A stretch of DNA of 46,761 bases, taken from positions 1 through 46,761 of the forward strand of contig JABXKD010000021.1 in NCBI GenBank assembly GCA_013375475.1, given 5' to 3'. This stretch comes from Promethearchaeota archaeon (lineage in GTDB: Archaea; Asgardarchaeota; Lokiarchaeia; Sigyniarchaeales; SOKP01). Of the stretch, positions 19,331-28,940 are shown one piece after another. Both the position numbers and the translations under genes were made by a program. The stretch's first letter is position 1, and every line of letters starts with the position of its first letter. The notes below the pieces were generated by a model that searched no databases, had not been told where the DNA came from, and was given only the letters and a program-made list of their open reading frames with translations.

Positions 19331-21316
19331 TCATTTTAAATGTAACGAAAATACTTTTGCGCTAATCATCTGATTATCTTTTATGGTGTAGAATCTAAAA
19401 CCGGGCGGCTTAAATTTGGACTTTGCAGAAAGTGGCCCAACAGCTTGTGTTTGAAAAACAAATGGTTTGTTTACATCGAACCATGCTTGTAAATCTAAAG
19501 GATCCTTAAATTCCTTAAATTTATCTCGATATCGCGAAGTGTAAACTTCACAGGGTACTTCTATATATATAGGGAAAAACCAGAAACCAAAGTTTATTCG
19601 ATCCGTTTTTTTAGCTTCTTTTAGGCGATATTCTTTTATGGTGTGGGTGTGTCCACACATTACTATATCTACTTTCCTCCTAATGATCTTATCTGAGCCT
19701 GTAAAAATTCTTAAAAGCGTAGACCAATTATACATTATCGTTTGATATTTTAGATTCAAAATTTTGTCCAATCTTCCTGTCCCATCATATCGCCTTAAAT
19801 TTCTTTCGTAGAAATCTGACCATTTTAGTGGTCTATTCTTAATATTCAACATTTTTTTGTATTTTCTTATCTTAGCGCTACTAAGATTAGGAGAAATTGG
19901 AGGTGTGTGCATAACAACAATAACTTTCTGGTTATGTGCGATTCTGATATATGCACGTAATAAATCAACCTGATACTCTTTAATTCCTTTTGTACTCGGT
20001 CCACCTTTTAAAAAGTCATGCATATCTGCTAATGAATCTTGTCCCGTATCAAGGAATATAAAATTATAAATATTTCCTATTTTTAGGTTAAAGTTGAGAT
20101 TGGGGTTAATATACCTGAAATAGTCTTTCAAGTATTTATCATCAGACCTAAGGGATGTAAAATAATTAAAGAATTTAATATCGTAATAACCTTTTACATC
20201 TGAATGTGTCATCCCGAATATCTTATTAAGTTGACCAAATCTCATTCCATAATGTTCTTTACGATAGTCGTGATTTCCAATTGTAGTGAAGATTGGAACC
20301 ATAACCTCTCGTTTATTAACGAATTCATCATCAGATCCCAAATAAGGAGGGTTTTCTAATCCTCTATTCAAACCAAGTAAAATATCTAAAAAAACGTGAA
20401 AATTATTCTTATATTGGTAATTTCCTCTTGCTATGTTTAAATAGTCAATTAAATCCCCCGTCATCATCATAAAATCAAGATTCCTTTCTGAAACACTATT
20501 ATTTGCAAATTCTATTAATTTTCTCAAAGTATAATTGAAGTTATATTTAGCCCATCTTAGTTCCTCGATTCTCTCTTTTTGGAATTCTTCTTTAAACTCA
20601 AAATCTCGTGTTAAAATAAATTTATCAATTTTAGATAATTTTTTATCTTTAGTACTAAATCTTTTTAACTTGGATCTCACATTCTCCCTTAAGTAGTGTA
20701 TTATAAAGTCGTTTCTCCTCGCAATGTGAAAATCTGAAGCATGAATGAAGCTGAAATCTTTCCAATCCTTATCGAATATTGCAATGCTATGATAGTTTAC
20801 CTTATTTTCGCTTAAGTTGGGGATATCATGAACGATATCAAACAAGAGAACATCTCTGTTAGAACTTTTTAATAATTTTTCTATCGTTAAAATTTCGCGT
20901 ATTTCTAATTTTACTCTATAAAGGTGTTCTCTTTTCCCAAAAACATCTTTAAATTGAAAAACGCAGTTATTTATATCCCATACTATACAATTCTCTTCCT
21001 CTAAAACGGGTTGGTCTCTAAAATCTAATTTTTCGATCTTTTCGATTTCGACAAGATGTAAGTCTATTAAATCTCCTCGTCGCTTGGAAAAATCACCACT
21101 ATCTTTTAATATTGGTTGTATGAACAAATTTTGATGAAAGTTTTCTAAAATTTTTTGAGCTGAATGAGATTTAGTAGCGACTACTAAAGCCCTAAAAGAC
21201 AAGTTCTTTATGGGAAATTGAGATCGATCTTGATAATCTCTTAAATTTAATAAAATAGGATTACCAATGTTAGGAGCAATAATTATAGGATAGTTACCGA
21301 GTTTTAAATCAATCAT
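19331..21316 (-). CDS. Large calcineurin-like metallophosphoesterase
   Basis: SDFH, TGDLID, GNHD, MHTPP and GHTH motifs. ATG 21316 preferred over TTG 21331. Confidence 0.88.
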   Translation of the reverse strand: MIDLKLGNYPIIIAPNIGNPILLNLRDYQDRSQFPIKNLSFRALVVATKSHSAQKILENFHQNLFIQPILKDSGDFSKRRGDLIDLHLVEIEKIEKLDFRDQPVLEEENCIVWDINNCVFQFKDVFGKREHLYRVKLEIREILTIEKLLKSSNRDVLLFDIVHDIPNLSENKVNYHSIAIFDKDWKDFSFIHASDFHIARRNDFIIHYLRENVRSKLKRFSTKDKKLSKIDKFILTRDFEFKEEFQKERIEELRWAKYNFNYTLRKLIEFANNSVSERNLDFMMMTGDLIDYLNIARGNYQYKNNFHVFLDILLGLNRGLENPPYLGSDDEFVNKREVMVPIFTTIGNHDYRKEHYGMRFGQLNKIFGMTHSDVKGYYDIKFFNYFTSLRSDDKYLKDYFRYINPNLNFNLKIGNIYNFIFLDTGQDSLADMHDFLKGGPSTKGIKEYQVDLLRAYIRIAHNQKVIVVMHTPPISPNLSSAKIRKYKKMLNIKNRPLKWSDFYERNLRRYDGTGRLDKILNLKYQTIMYNWSTLLRIFTGSDKIIRRKVDIVMCGHTHTIKEYRLKEAKKTDRINFGFWFFPIYIEVPCEVYTSRYRDKFKEFKDPLDLQAWFDVNKPFVFQTQAVGPLSAKSKFKPPGFRFYTIKDNQMISAKVFSLHLK

Positions 21317-21439
21317 ACAAGCAAAATTCAAAAATTAGAGGAATTAACTTAATAATTATTATTTGGTTTCCTACATTAAAATATTTTATTTAAAGTGCTT
21401 ATATTCATGTTTCGATTTGTACGAATAGGTAGTTAAATT

Positions 21440-22912
21440 ATGAGTGAACGCTTATATCAACCAGATTTTCGTTCTATATTTGGAGCAAATTATGCAAACG
21501 CTTTTATCTATGGTCAACTTGATTCTTTAGTTTGGCCTATTTTCAGCGAAATTGAACCTTCTAATGCTTTAACAAATCTTTTAAAGCTTGAGAATGATCA
21601 AGGTAAAAGATATTTTTATAACCGAAAAATTAGCTTGGAAGACGAAAAAATAGAACTTGTTTGTTCAAATATTAAATATGGATTAGTTCAAGCAATGGAT
21701 TTGCATAGAGACTACGGAATAAATAATGAAGATGTCCTTAATGTTGTAAAAACGGATCCTAATTTGTTCAAAGCGATTTTATCTTTTGATCTTAACGAAA
21801 GTGCTATAAACTCAATAAAAACAATCCAAAATCAAATCCCCGTTGTCGGAGTAGTTATTTATCCCTCTTTTTTGAAATTAGATATAACTGACGGAGACAA
21901 TGAAAATTTTAATGAATTAATTGATTATTGCAAAGAGAATAATTTGTTCCTAAAAATCGATATTGGAAATTCTAATCTCCCAGATAATTACACTGAATAC
22001 AGCACATACGACAAAATTAAATCATTTTTATCAAGACATTCGAATATTATTACAATATTGAGTGGTTTAGATATCTCAGGAGATTTTAATCTATACTACC
22101 AACTTCTAAAACTGTATAATAATGTGTGGATCGAGATCGATCCAAGAAATTTTGGAGGTATGACTCCTACTAGTGTCTTCTCACAATTGTTTTCTATCCA
22201 AGGATTAGTGCAAAATTTATGGCACAGAATTACAATTGGGAGCGCTACCCCGACCTTGGAAATCTCCCAAATGGTAAGAGGCTTTTTGGAAGCTACGGAT
22301 GTTTTAAATTTCTCTCAAAAAAATATCTTACGAAGTTGGGGATTTAGAAACTTAAATAGACTAAATTCATCAAAGTTCTTCCCTAATGTTGAACCAGCTA
22401 GGTTTTATCCTATTCAAGAAATCAATGAAATCAATCGAGTAGAAAATAATAATGAATTGAATTTAACATATAAAATCAAGTTAAGGAGTTATGCCATAAC
22501 CCAATTACTTTATATTACGGACTTAATCGAGAGAGTTTTAAATTTAAGCTTGGAAGTGAACCCAAATTTGAAAAATGGGGAATTAGTGATTAAGCCATAT
22601 CACACAACCGTAAGCCTTATTATGAATGAGCACGAGTTCGGCAATTATCTTGATCTGCATTACATGTTTGCTGAAATTTCCTCCAAGAATAGTTCCCAAT
22701 TTCTGCATACGGTAAGTGCTCTCGAAAACCGTGCTGATTTTAACCACTATGATCATGAATTGGCAAGCACCTATGGAAATCGACAATTAATATTACCTAT
22801 TGTCGACAAAAAATTAGAAATTGGAGGCCGCGAGAATTATTATACCTTAGTAACTTTTGGTCCAAGAACTTTTTATATTAACATTAAGATCAAATTGATC
22901 AAAGAATATTAA
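21440..22912 (+). CDS. Fusion of a degenerate amidohydrolase-like TIM barrel and a C-terminal YjbQ (UPF0047) domain
   Basis: N-terminal part: NEDVLNVV..DPNLF, GVVIYP, YNNVWIE, ITIGSATP, KNILRSWGFRN. C-terminal part: YHTTVSLIMNE...NHYDH..STYG...LPIVDKKLEIG...GPR. Confidence 0.72.
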   Translation: MSERLYQPDFRSIFGANYANAFIYGQLDSLVWPIFSEIEPSNALTNLLKLENDQGKRYFYNRKISLEDEKIELVCSNIKYGLVQAMDLHRDYGINNEDVLNVVKTDPNLFKAILSFDLNESAINSIKTIQNQIPVVGVVIYPSFLKLDITDGDNENFNELIDYCKENNLFLKIDIGNSNLPDNYTEYSTYDKIKSFLSRHSNIITILSGLDISGDFNLYYQLLKLYNNVWIEIDPRNFGGMTPTSVFSQLFSIQGLVQNLWHRITIGSATPTLEISQMVRGFLEATDVLNFSQKNILRSWGFRNLNRLNSSKFFPNVEPARFYPIQEINEINRVENNNELNLTYKIKLRSYAITQLLYITDLIERVLNLSLEVNPNLKNGELVIKPYHTTVSLIMNEHEFGNYLDLHYMFAEISSKNSSQFLHTVSALENRADFNHYDHELASTYGNRQLILPIVDKKLEIGGRENYYTLVTFGPRTFYINIKIKLIKEY

Positions 22913-23352
22913 CGAGTGTGTTCCCTATATTTCCAAAAATGTATAATCAAGAACAGAATAGAATGAGCTAATGTTTCAAAAAAAATCTTATTTTCTTAAT
23001 TTCGACGATTATCTGTAAAAATTACCACAGTTGGGCTAATTAAAACCGAAATCTAATCTGTTGAAAATTCTTTTTTTTCTATCTTTCTATAGATACTCTT
23101 ATATAAATTTAATGCTTGATCCAGCAACGAAAAACCCTTAAAATAAAATCATGTCAAAAGTTTAAATATTCGGAATGAGTATATTTTATAAAGAAGTTAG
23201 TTTTGATGTAGAAAATGAATGTTTGTTTGTGTCAACATATAGTTGAGCAAAATAAAATATATTTTTTGTATTTAAATAAATATTAAATTATAAATTCCAA
23301 ATTCTCCTTTTATTAAATGCAAATTTAAAAATCCCAAAATAAAAATCGTAAT

Positions 23353-24804
23353 ATGACTGACGAGATCAAAGAAGAAACGGAAAAAACGGAAGATAAATCA
23401 GAAAAAGAAGTTGAAAAAGTAGATAAAGAATATTTATCAAAAGCTAAAAATTCGAGAGACTTGATAGATAAGAAACTTAGAACTTTTGAAAATAGTATTG
23501 AAGATATTTCTGGAACAATAAAAAATAGTGACACAGAACCAGATAAAAAAGAAAAGAAAAGCGATAACCTCAGTGAAGAAATACTTGATGCTCAAGAAAA
23601 GCTAGGATTAATTCAAGGTAAAGTTGAAGATAAAGAGGAATACTTAACTGCTATCGAAGAGACAATCAAAGTGCTTGAGGAGAGATATAATCATAAAAAT
23701 GAGGATATGCAGAATTTAGAAGAACGGTTCCAAATAATTAAGGAAAGTAAAGAAAATTTAGAAGTTGAATATAAGGAATTATTAAAAAATAATGAGCAAT
23801 TAGTTAACACTTTTGAAACGAGACAAGTAGATTTAATTGTTCTAACTGATAGTGTAAAAGAAAAAGTTGCTAATCAAGAAGAATTCCGTAATCGCCTTAC
23901 AAAATTAAATCAGGAAATACAAGAAAAAGAAAACTTACTCGAAAGACAAAGAGAATCTGCCGAGGCTTTAGAAAAAAAGATAAAAAGTCTAACAGCTGAA
24001 AATGAAACACTTAAGGTCTCAATAGGTAAAAATAAATTTGAATTAGAGCATACTGACAATGAAATAGAAGCTAAAGAGGAAGAAAAAAAGTTATTAGCTG
24101 AGCAGATTGAGAAAAATGAGACTCGGATCAAAATTATCGAACAAAATATCGAGGATTACAAAGATGGTTTTCCTGAAATGGAAAAACAAAGAGAAACATA
24201 TGAAGAACTTATTGCGAAATATAAAATTCAACTAACAGAAAAGCAAGAGCAATTGATCGAAGTCGAATCACGAATACAACAACTTAATGACGATAATAAA
24301 TCTATTCTTGAACAAATATCAAGTCAAGAGAGTTTAATCAAAGCTAATGAAACAAGACTAGAAGATCTCAAAAAAGATATTGAAACAACAAATCTTGAAT
24401 ATGCTGAAAGAGAAGAGCGATTAAACTCTATTACAGAAAAATTAGATTATATGAATAATGAACATGACAAATTGGTCAAATCTAAAGAAGTTATTGATCA
24501 GAGTACCAATGATGCAAAAACTCTTCTTCAGAAATTAAAGTTAGAACTTGAAACTCAAGAGGGAGAAATTCGAGATAAAGAAAGTAGAATCCACAGATTA
24601 GAATTTCTCTCGTTAGTTTATAGATTATCAAAATTTTTCGGTGGTATCCTTATTGGTATCGGAATACTTATAATAATCTTGGTAATTCTCGGCTTCGCTA
24701 ATATATTAGATTTCAGCGAAATGGAAATCTTACTTTTTATTATCCTTATAATTGCGGGAGTTTCCTCGGTGGTTAGTGGACTTTTTCATCTTGAAAAATC
24801 TTAA
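23353..24804 (+). CDS. Long coiled-coil protein with two C-terminal TM helices
   Basis: About 420 aa E/K/Q-rich heptad sequence with almost no Pro, then two hydrophobic helices; no ATPase motif. Confidence 0.85.
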   Translation: MTDEIKEETEKTEDKSEKEVEKVDKEYLSKAKNSRDLIDKKLRTFENSIEDISGTIKNSDTEPDKKEKKSDNLSEEILDAQEKLGLIQGKVEDKEEYLTAIEETIKVLEERYNHKNEDMQNLEERFQIIKESKENLEVEYKELLKNNEQLVNTFETRQVDLIVLTDSVKEKVANQEEFRNRLTKLNQEIQEKENLLERQRESAEALEKKIKSLTAENETLKVSIGKNKFELEHTDNEIEAKEEEKKLLAEQIEKNETRIKIIEQNIEDYKDGFPEMEKQRETYEELIAKYKIQLTEKQEQLIEVESRIQQLNDDNKSILEQISSQESLIKANETRLEDLKKDIETTNLEYAEREERLNSITEKLDYMNNEHDKLVKSKEVIDQSTNDAKTLLQKLKLELETQEGEIRDKESRIHRLEFLSLVYRLSKFFGGILIGIGILIIILVILGFANILDFSEMEILLFIILIIAGVSSVVSGLFHLEKS

Positions 24805-24874
24805 GTGAGTAGAATAGTAGAGTTTTGATCTTACGATAACATAAGAAGAAAATTATAATACAGAAAGATTAAAA

Positions 24875-26746
24875 TTGAATGAGATGAAACCCAAAGAAAT
24901 CCTACAAGAAAGAACATTGAAGTTATCTCAAGGGATAATATATGGTGTTGGATGTGGAATAGGTGGTTCTATATTCGTCTTGTTAGGATTAGGTATTAAT
25001 CTTGCCGGATCGGGTTTATTATTAAGTCTCCTTTTAGGGGGGATATTGATATTTTTTACGGGTTTAAATTATGCTGAACTCTCTACAAGTCTACCAATAG
25101 CTGGAGGTGCTTATAATTTTAGCAAAGAAGGAATTGGTGGATTCTTAGCTTTCATAATTGGTTTCTTTTTATGGATTGCAAATATCGCAACATGTTCTTT
25201 TTCCGCACAAACATTTGCCTTAGTGTTTAAAGAAGTTTTTAATAAAGTAAACCTTCCAATTTCAGATATAACAGTAACACTGATATCTATCTTGCCTGTT
25301 CTTTTAACAAGCATTATTATTTTTAGGACACATAAAATTGCCACTAAATTTTTATTATTATTTACCTTCATATTAATAGGTTTACTTGGTTTCTTTATTA
25401 TTTCCGGGTTATTGATCTCACCATTCAATAATCCAGATTTTCTTCTTCTCCCAATTAAATTTGAGGGGATAATTCCAGGATTTTTATTATTATTTATTTT
25501 GTTTACTTCGATAACTTCGAATATAGCCTTCTTAAATCCTGAATTAAAGAATCCTTCAAAAAACATACCTAAAACTAATATATATGCGATAATTATAACA
25601 CTACTCATATACTTATCAATTACTTTTGTTGTTTTAATATCCATAGGAATAAACCCAGCCGATTTAAGTGAAACCTCTGTATTATTAGCTGTTGTGTTTG
25701 AAAGTGTTATTGGACCATTTGGTTTTTATATTATGGTTTTTGCTGCCATCATTTCAACATTGATTGCTATTAATGCATCACTTGGTTCAGCTGTTAGTAT
25801 CATTACAGCTTTAGCAAGAGATAAATTTATACCCGAAAAAATTCGAGAAACTAAATCAAAATCCGATTTACCAAGATTAGGTTTAATAATTACTGTAGTA
25901 ATAATCCTTCTATTTACGGTATTCGCAGGTATTGGATTGACTGCTCAGATCACTAATTTCATCTACTTTTTTGCCCTAGCTTTTGTAAATTATGCTGCAG
26001 TAAAATTAAGGCGTAAGAGAAAAGAGTTAGATAGACCGTTTAAGGCACCTTTTTATCCAATATTGCCTATTTTTATTTTTATCTGTTTTTTGGCTTTTGC
26101 TGTGATACTCGGTATTTTTATTTCAATCCAAGCTTTAGTTTTAGGACTGATAATATTAGTAATTGGTTTTACATATCAACTATTGGTAATGACTGATATC
26201 CCTTCTAAAAATTTGACATTAACTGGGACTAAATTCTTCTTTTCTATCATTTTAGGACTTTCTATATGGATGATTAATAATTTTTCAATTGTCAACCCTG
26301 ATTTAGTAGTAATTAATAGAGTCTTAATTGTTTTGTGTGTGATTATCGTAATAACTGTGATTCTTGATTTACTCCCCTTGAGAGAGTTAGCGTATTATAT
26401 GGTTAAGTTTATTGATAAAGAGAGAGTGGCAATTAATATTGGGAATGCTCAGATCATAGATTTAGGAAAGAAAAGATCTCAATTAATTCATATTTTAAAT
26501 CTAATAATAACTGTTCTGCAACTTATCTCGGGAGTAGTTATTTTTGGTATTGTGTTTCTGTTCGTAAATGGAACGGTCTCGATACAGGATATAATTATTA
26601 ACAGCGGTATGTCTATTACAAACATTCCAAGTTCCGCTGGAACAACTCTTTTTACTTCAATTCTTTTCATATTTGGAATTATAGTCTTCATTTTTGGAAT
26701 TTTATCTTGGTATCGCAATAAAGAAATAAAATCTCTAGGGATTTGA
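24875..26746 (+). CDS. APC-family amino acid permease with extra C-terminal TM helices
   Basis: GVGCGIGGSIF, YAELSTSLPIAGGAY, ELKNPSKNIP, ALARDKFIP, RPFKAPFYP; about 4 further TM segments follow. Confidence 0.92.
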   Translation: MNEMKPKEILQERTLKLSQGIIYGVGCGIGGSIFVLLGLGINLAGSGLLLSLLLGGILIFFTGLNYAELSTSLPIAGGAYNFSKEGIGGFLAFIIGFFLWIANIATCSFSAQTFALVFKEVFNKVNLPISDITVTLISILPVLLTSIIIFRTHKIATKFLLLFTFILIGLLGFFIISGLLISPFNNPDFLLLPIKFEGIIPGFLLLFILFTSITSNIAFLNPELKNPSKNIPKTNIYAIIITLLIYLSITFVVLISIGINPADLSETSVLLAVVFESVIGPFGFYIMVFAAIISTLIAINASLGSAVSIITALARDKFIPEKIRETKSKSDLPRLGLIITVVIILLFTVFAGIGLTAQITNFIYFFALAFVNYAAVKLRRKRKELDRPFKAPFYPILPIFIFICFLAFAVILGIFISIQALVLGLIILVIGFTYQLLVMTDIPSKNLTLTGTKFFFSIILGLSIWMINNFSIVNPDLVVINRVLIVLCVIIVITVILDLLPLRELAYYMVKFIDKERVAINIGNAQIIDLGKKRSQLIHILNLIITVLQLISGVVIFGIVFLFVNGTVSIQDIIINSGMSITNIPSSAGTTLFTSILFIFGIIVFIFGILSWYRNKEIKSLGI

Positions 26747-26791
26747 TAAGCTTGAAATATATTTTCTGCAAAAAATTTAAGAGATCGTATT

Positions 26792-27541
26792 ATGGAAATA
26801 GAATTTCCTAAATTAAATTTACACATTCACTCAACATATTCAGATGGAAGAAATTCCATAGAACAAATTGTAAAATCAGGAATGAAAACAGAGTTAGATT
26901 ATATTTGTATCACAGATCATTTTACAAATTCTTGGAAAGCCGATCATATCCCTAACCTTAATAACCTTGATAAAATTAAAAGATATTTAGAAGAGTTAGA
27001 TCAGTTTAAAATGTTTCTTGTTAATGAAAATAAAAATTTGACCCTTTTTAGGGGAATAGAGATAGATTTAGGTAGTTCTGAGAAATTTATAATTAGCAAT
27101 ATTGTACCACATATGTATGATCTGATTTTTTTTGAATACCTCGAAAGCTTTGAGGGAATAGCGTTCGTCAAGAAGATTCTAGACCCTTGGAAGAAGAATT
27201 GCACTGATTTTCCTCTGATAGGTCTTGCTCATTTCGATCCTTCATTTTTTATTACAAGAGGTTTAGATGTTTTATTAGAATTTTTAAAGGAATATGATGT
27301 TATCATAGAGTTTAACTCAAGCTATCCACAATTTTACTCTCCGAAGTATGAGATTTTTTATAACAAATTGAAAGAAAGGGGTATTAAAGTGTCGATTGGA
27401 TGCGATTCTCACCACATTTCAAGTTTGAATGATATCGAAAGTCCTTATAAAATGATAGATTTTTACAACTTAGAGGAGAATCTTAAAACTCTAATAGAAT
27501 CTTTAGAAATTAAAAGAATTACTTACTTAAATAAATCATAA
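26792..27541 (+). CDS. PHP-domain phosphoesterase
   Basis: NLHIHSTYSDG, ITDH, GIEID, LAH, EFNS, GCDSH. Confidence 0.92.
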   Translation: MEIEFPKLNLHIHSTYSDGRNSIEQIVKSGMKTELDYICITDHFTNSWKADHIPNLNNLDKIKRYLEELDQFKMFLVNENKNLTLFRGIEIDLGSSEKFIISNIVPHMYDLIFFEYLESFEGIAFVKKILDPWKKNCTDFPLIGLAHFDPSFFITRGLDVLLEFLKEYDVIIEFNSSYPQFYSPKYEIFYNKLKERGIKVSIGCDSHHISSLNDIESPYKMIDFYNLEENLKTLIESLEIKRITYLNKS

Positions 27542-27544
27542 CTA

Positions 27545-27937
27545 TTATTTCCGAATTTTATTGAGATGCTCTAAATAGTATTTAAAGGCTCTTTCAAAAC
27601 AAATATCCAACAACATTTCGCTCTGCTCTTTTGGATAATCGAGCATGCTTTTTAATCTTTCTTTCCCAATATTGAAAATCTGCTTAGTGGCTTTTAATTT
27701 CTTGGGCATACTCATACTTGGGATTTCTGAAATCAATTTATTCTCTCGTTTTTGCCATTCAATTAAAGCGAACCATGCTGCGCTTCTCATTGCTAAATGA
27801 GGTATTGAAATTTGCTCGCAAATGAGTTTTGATATTGTTTTTATTAAAGACAGTTGCTCAGGCTTAAAATCAATTTTAACATAATCTATTTGTATGCTCG
27901 AAATTTCTTCCTTATTAAAATTTAATGCATATGTCAA
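27545..27937 (-). CDS. Hypothetical helical protein, 130 aa
   Basis: Fills the gap convergent to the PHP gene; TTG start preceded by GGTGGGA; no recognisable motif. Confidence 0.65.
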   Translation of the reverse strand: MTYALNFNKEEISSIQIDYVKIDFKPEQLSLIKTISKLICEQISIPHLAMRSAAWFALIEWQKRENKLISEIPSMSMPKKLKATKQIFNIGKERLKSMLDYPKEQSEMLLDICFERAFKYYLEHLNKIRK

Positions 27938-28152
27938 AATTTATCCCACCCAATTAATCCTATTTATACTTCAACCAACAAGAATATAAAGATAGGTGAA
28001 AATTTTATAATCCATAGAAGAATTAGATTAAACATTTATAAAGTAGGTGCTTAATTTAGATACATGTGTCAAAAAATTGACTTAGTACAGAAGAACGAAT
28101 AATAGAAATAAAATAAATTACCTTTTTATTGTCAGAAATTTATCTTAATTAT

Positions 28153-28908
28153 ATGGAATTGGAAGAAAAAATTGAACTAGCAGCAAAATGGATTTTCGAA
28201 TCCAATCGCCTTGTTGTGTTCACAGGTGCAGGACTTTCAACAGATAGTGGATTGCCGGACTACAGAGGCCCTGATGGTGTCTGGACTCGCCGTGACGCTG
28301 GACTCCCTCCTCCAAAAAGCCCACCATGGGATCAAGTTAGCCCAAATCAAGGACATTACGAAATTGTAGAATTATTAAAGTTGGGTAAATTAGATTACCT
28401 TATATCACAGAATATAGATGGACTTCACGCAAAAGCTGGACTCCCTCTTGATAAATTAGCTGAACTACACGGTAACCTATACTTTATGAAGTGTTTAGAT
28501 TGTGGAAAGAAATTAACATTTGAGGAAGCAGGTTGGGATAAAAAAGTATTAGGTCAAGGATATAGAACTGGAAAAATTCGCAAAAATCAACCAAATTGCT
28601 CAGATTGTGGAGGAAGACTCATTTCAAGCATAGTTAATTTTGGCGATCCTTTACCGTATGACGAACTTGAAGAATCTGCGAGAAGATCCATGAATTCTGA
28701 TGTTTTCTTTGTAATTGGTTCTTCTCTAGTTGTAACCCCTGCAGCAAATATGCCAGGGTATGCTTGGAGGAATGGTGCAAAATTAATTATTTTAAATCAG
28801 GGCGAAACTCCGTACGATGATGAAGCTGACTTACGGTTTTTTGATCAGATTGGAGAAGTACTTCCTAAGATTGTCGAGAAAGTAAAAGAAATGATGAGTA
28901 CTAACTAA
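28153..28908 (+). CDS. NAD-dependent protein deacylase (Sir2 family)
   Basis: [62 protein letters not shown]. ATG 28153 preferred over TTG 28129. Confidence 0.96.
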   Translation: [251 protein letters not shown]

Positions 28909-28940
28909 ATTATCAACATCTTTAAAAATGGGTAAAAAAT

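Noticed and set aside
22913-23352. 440-bp intergenic region examined for a tRNA, ncRNA or small gene; the minus strand has a PNCGN-like trace
   Set aside because: Very AT-rich, no cloverleaf or strong stems seen, and frames are broken by stops; too weak to call.
23353-24804. SMC/Rad50 or myosin assignment for the coiled-coil protein
   Set aside because: No Walker A/B, hinge, zinc hook or motor domain.
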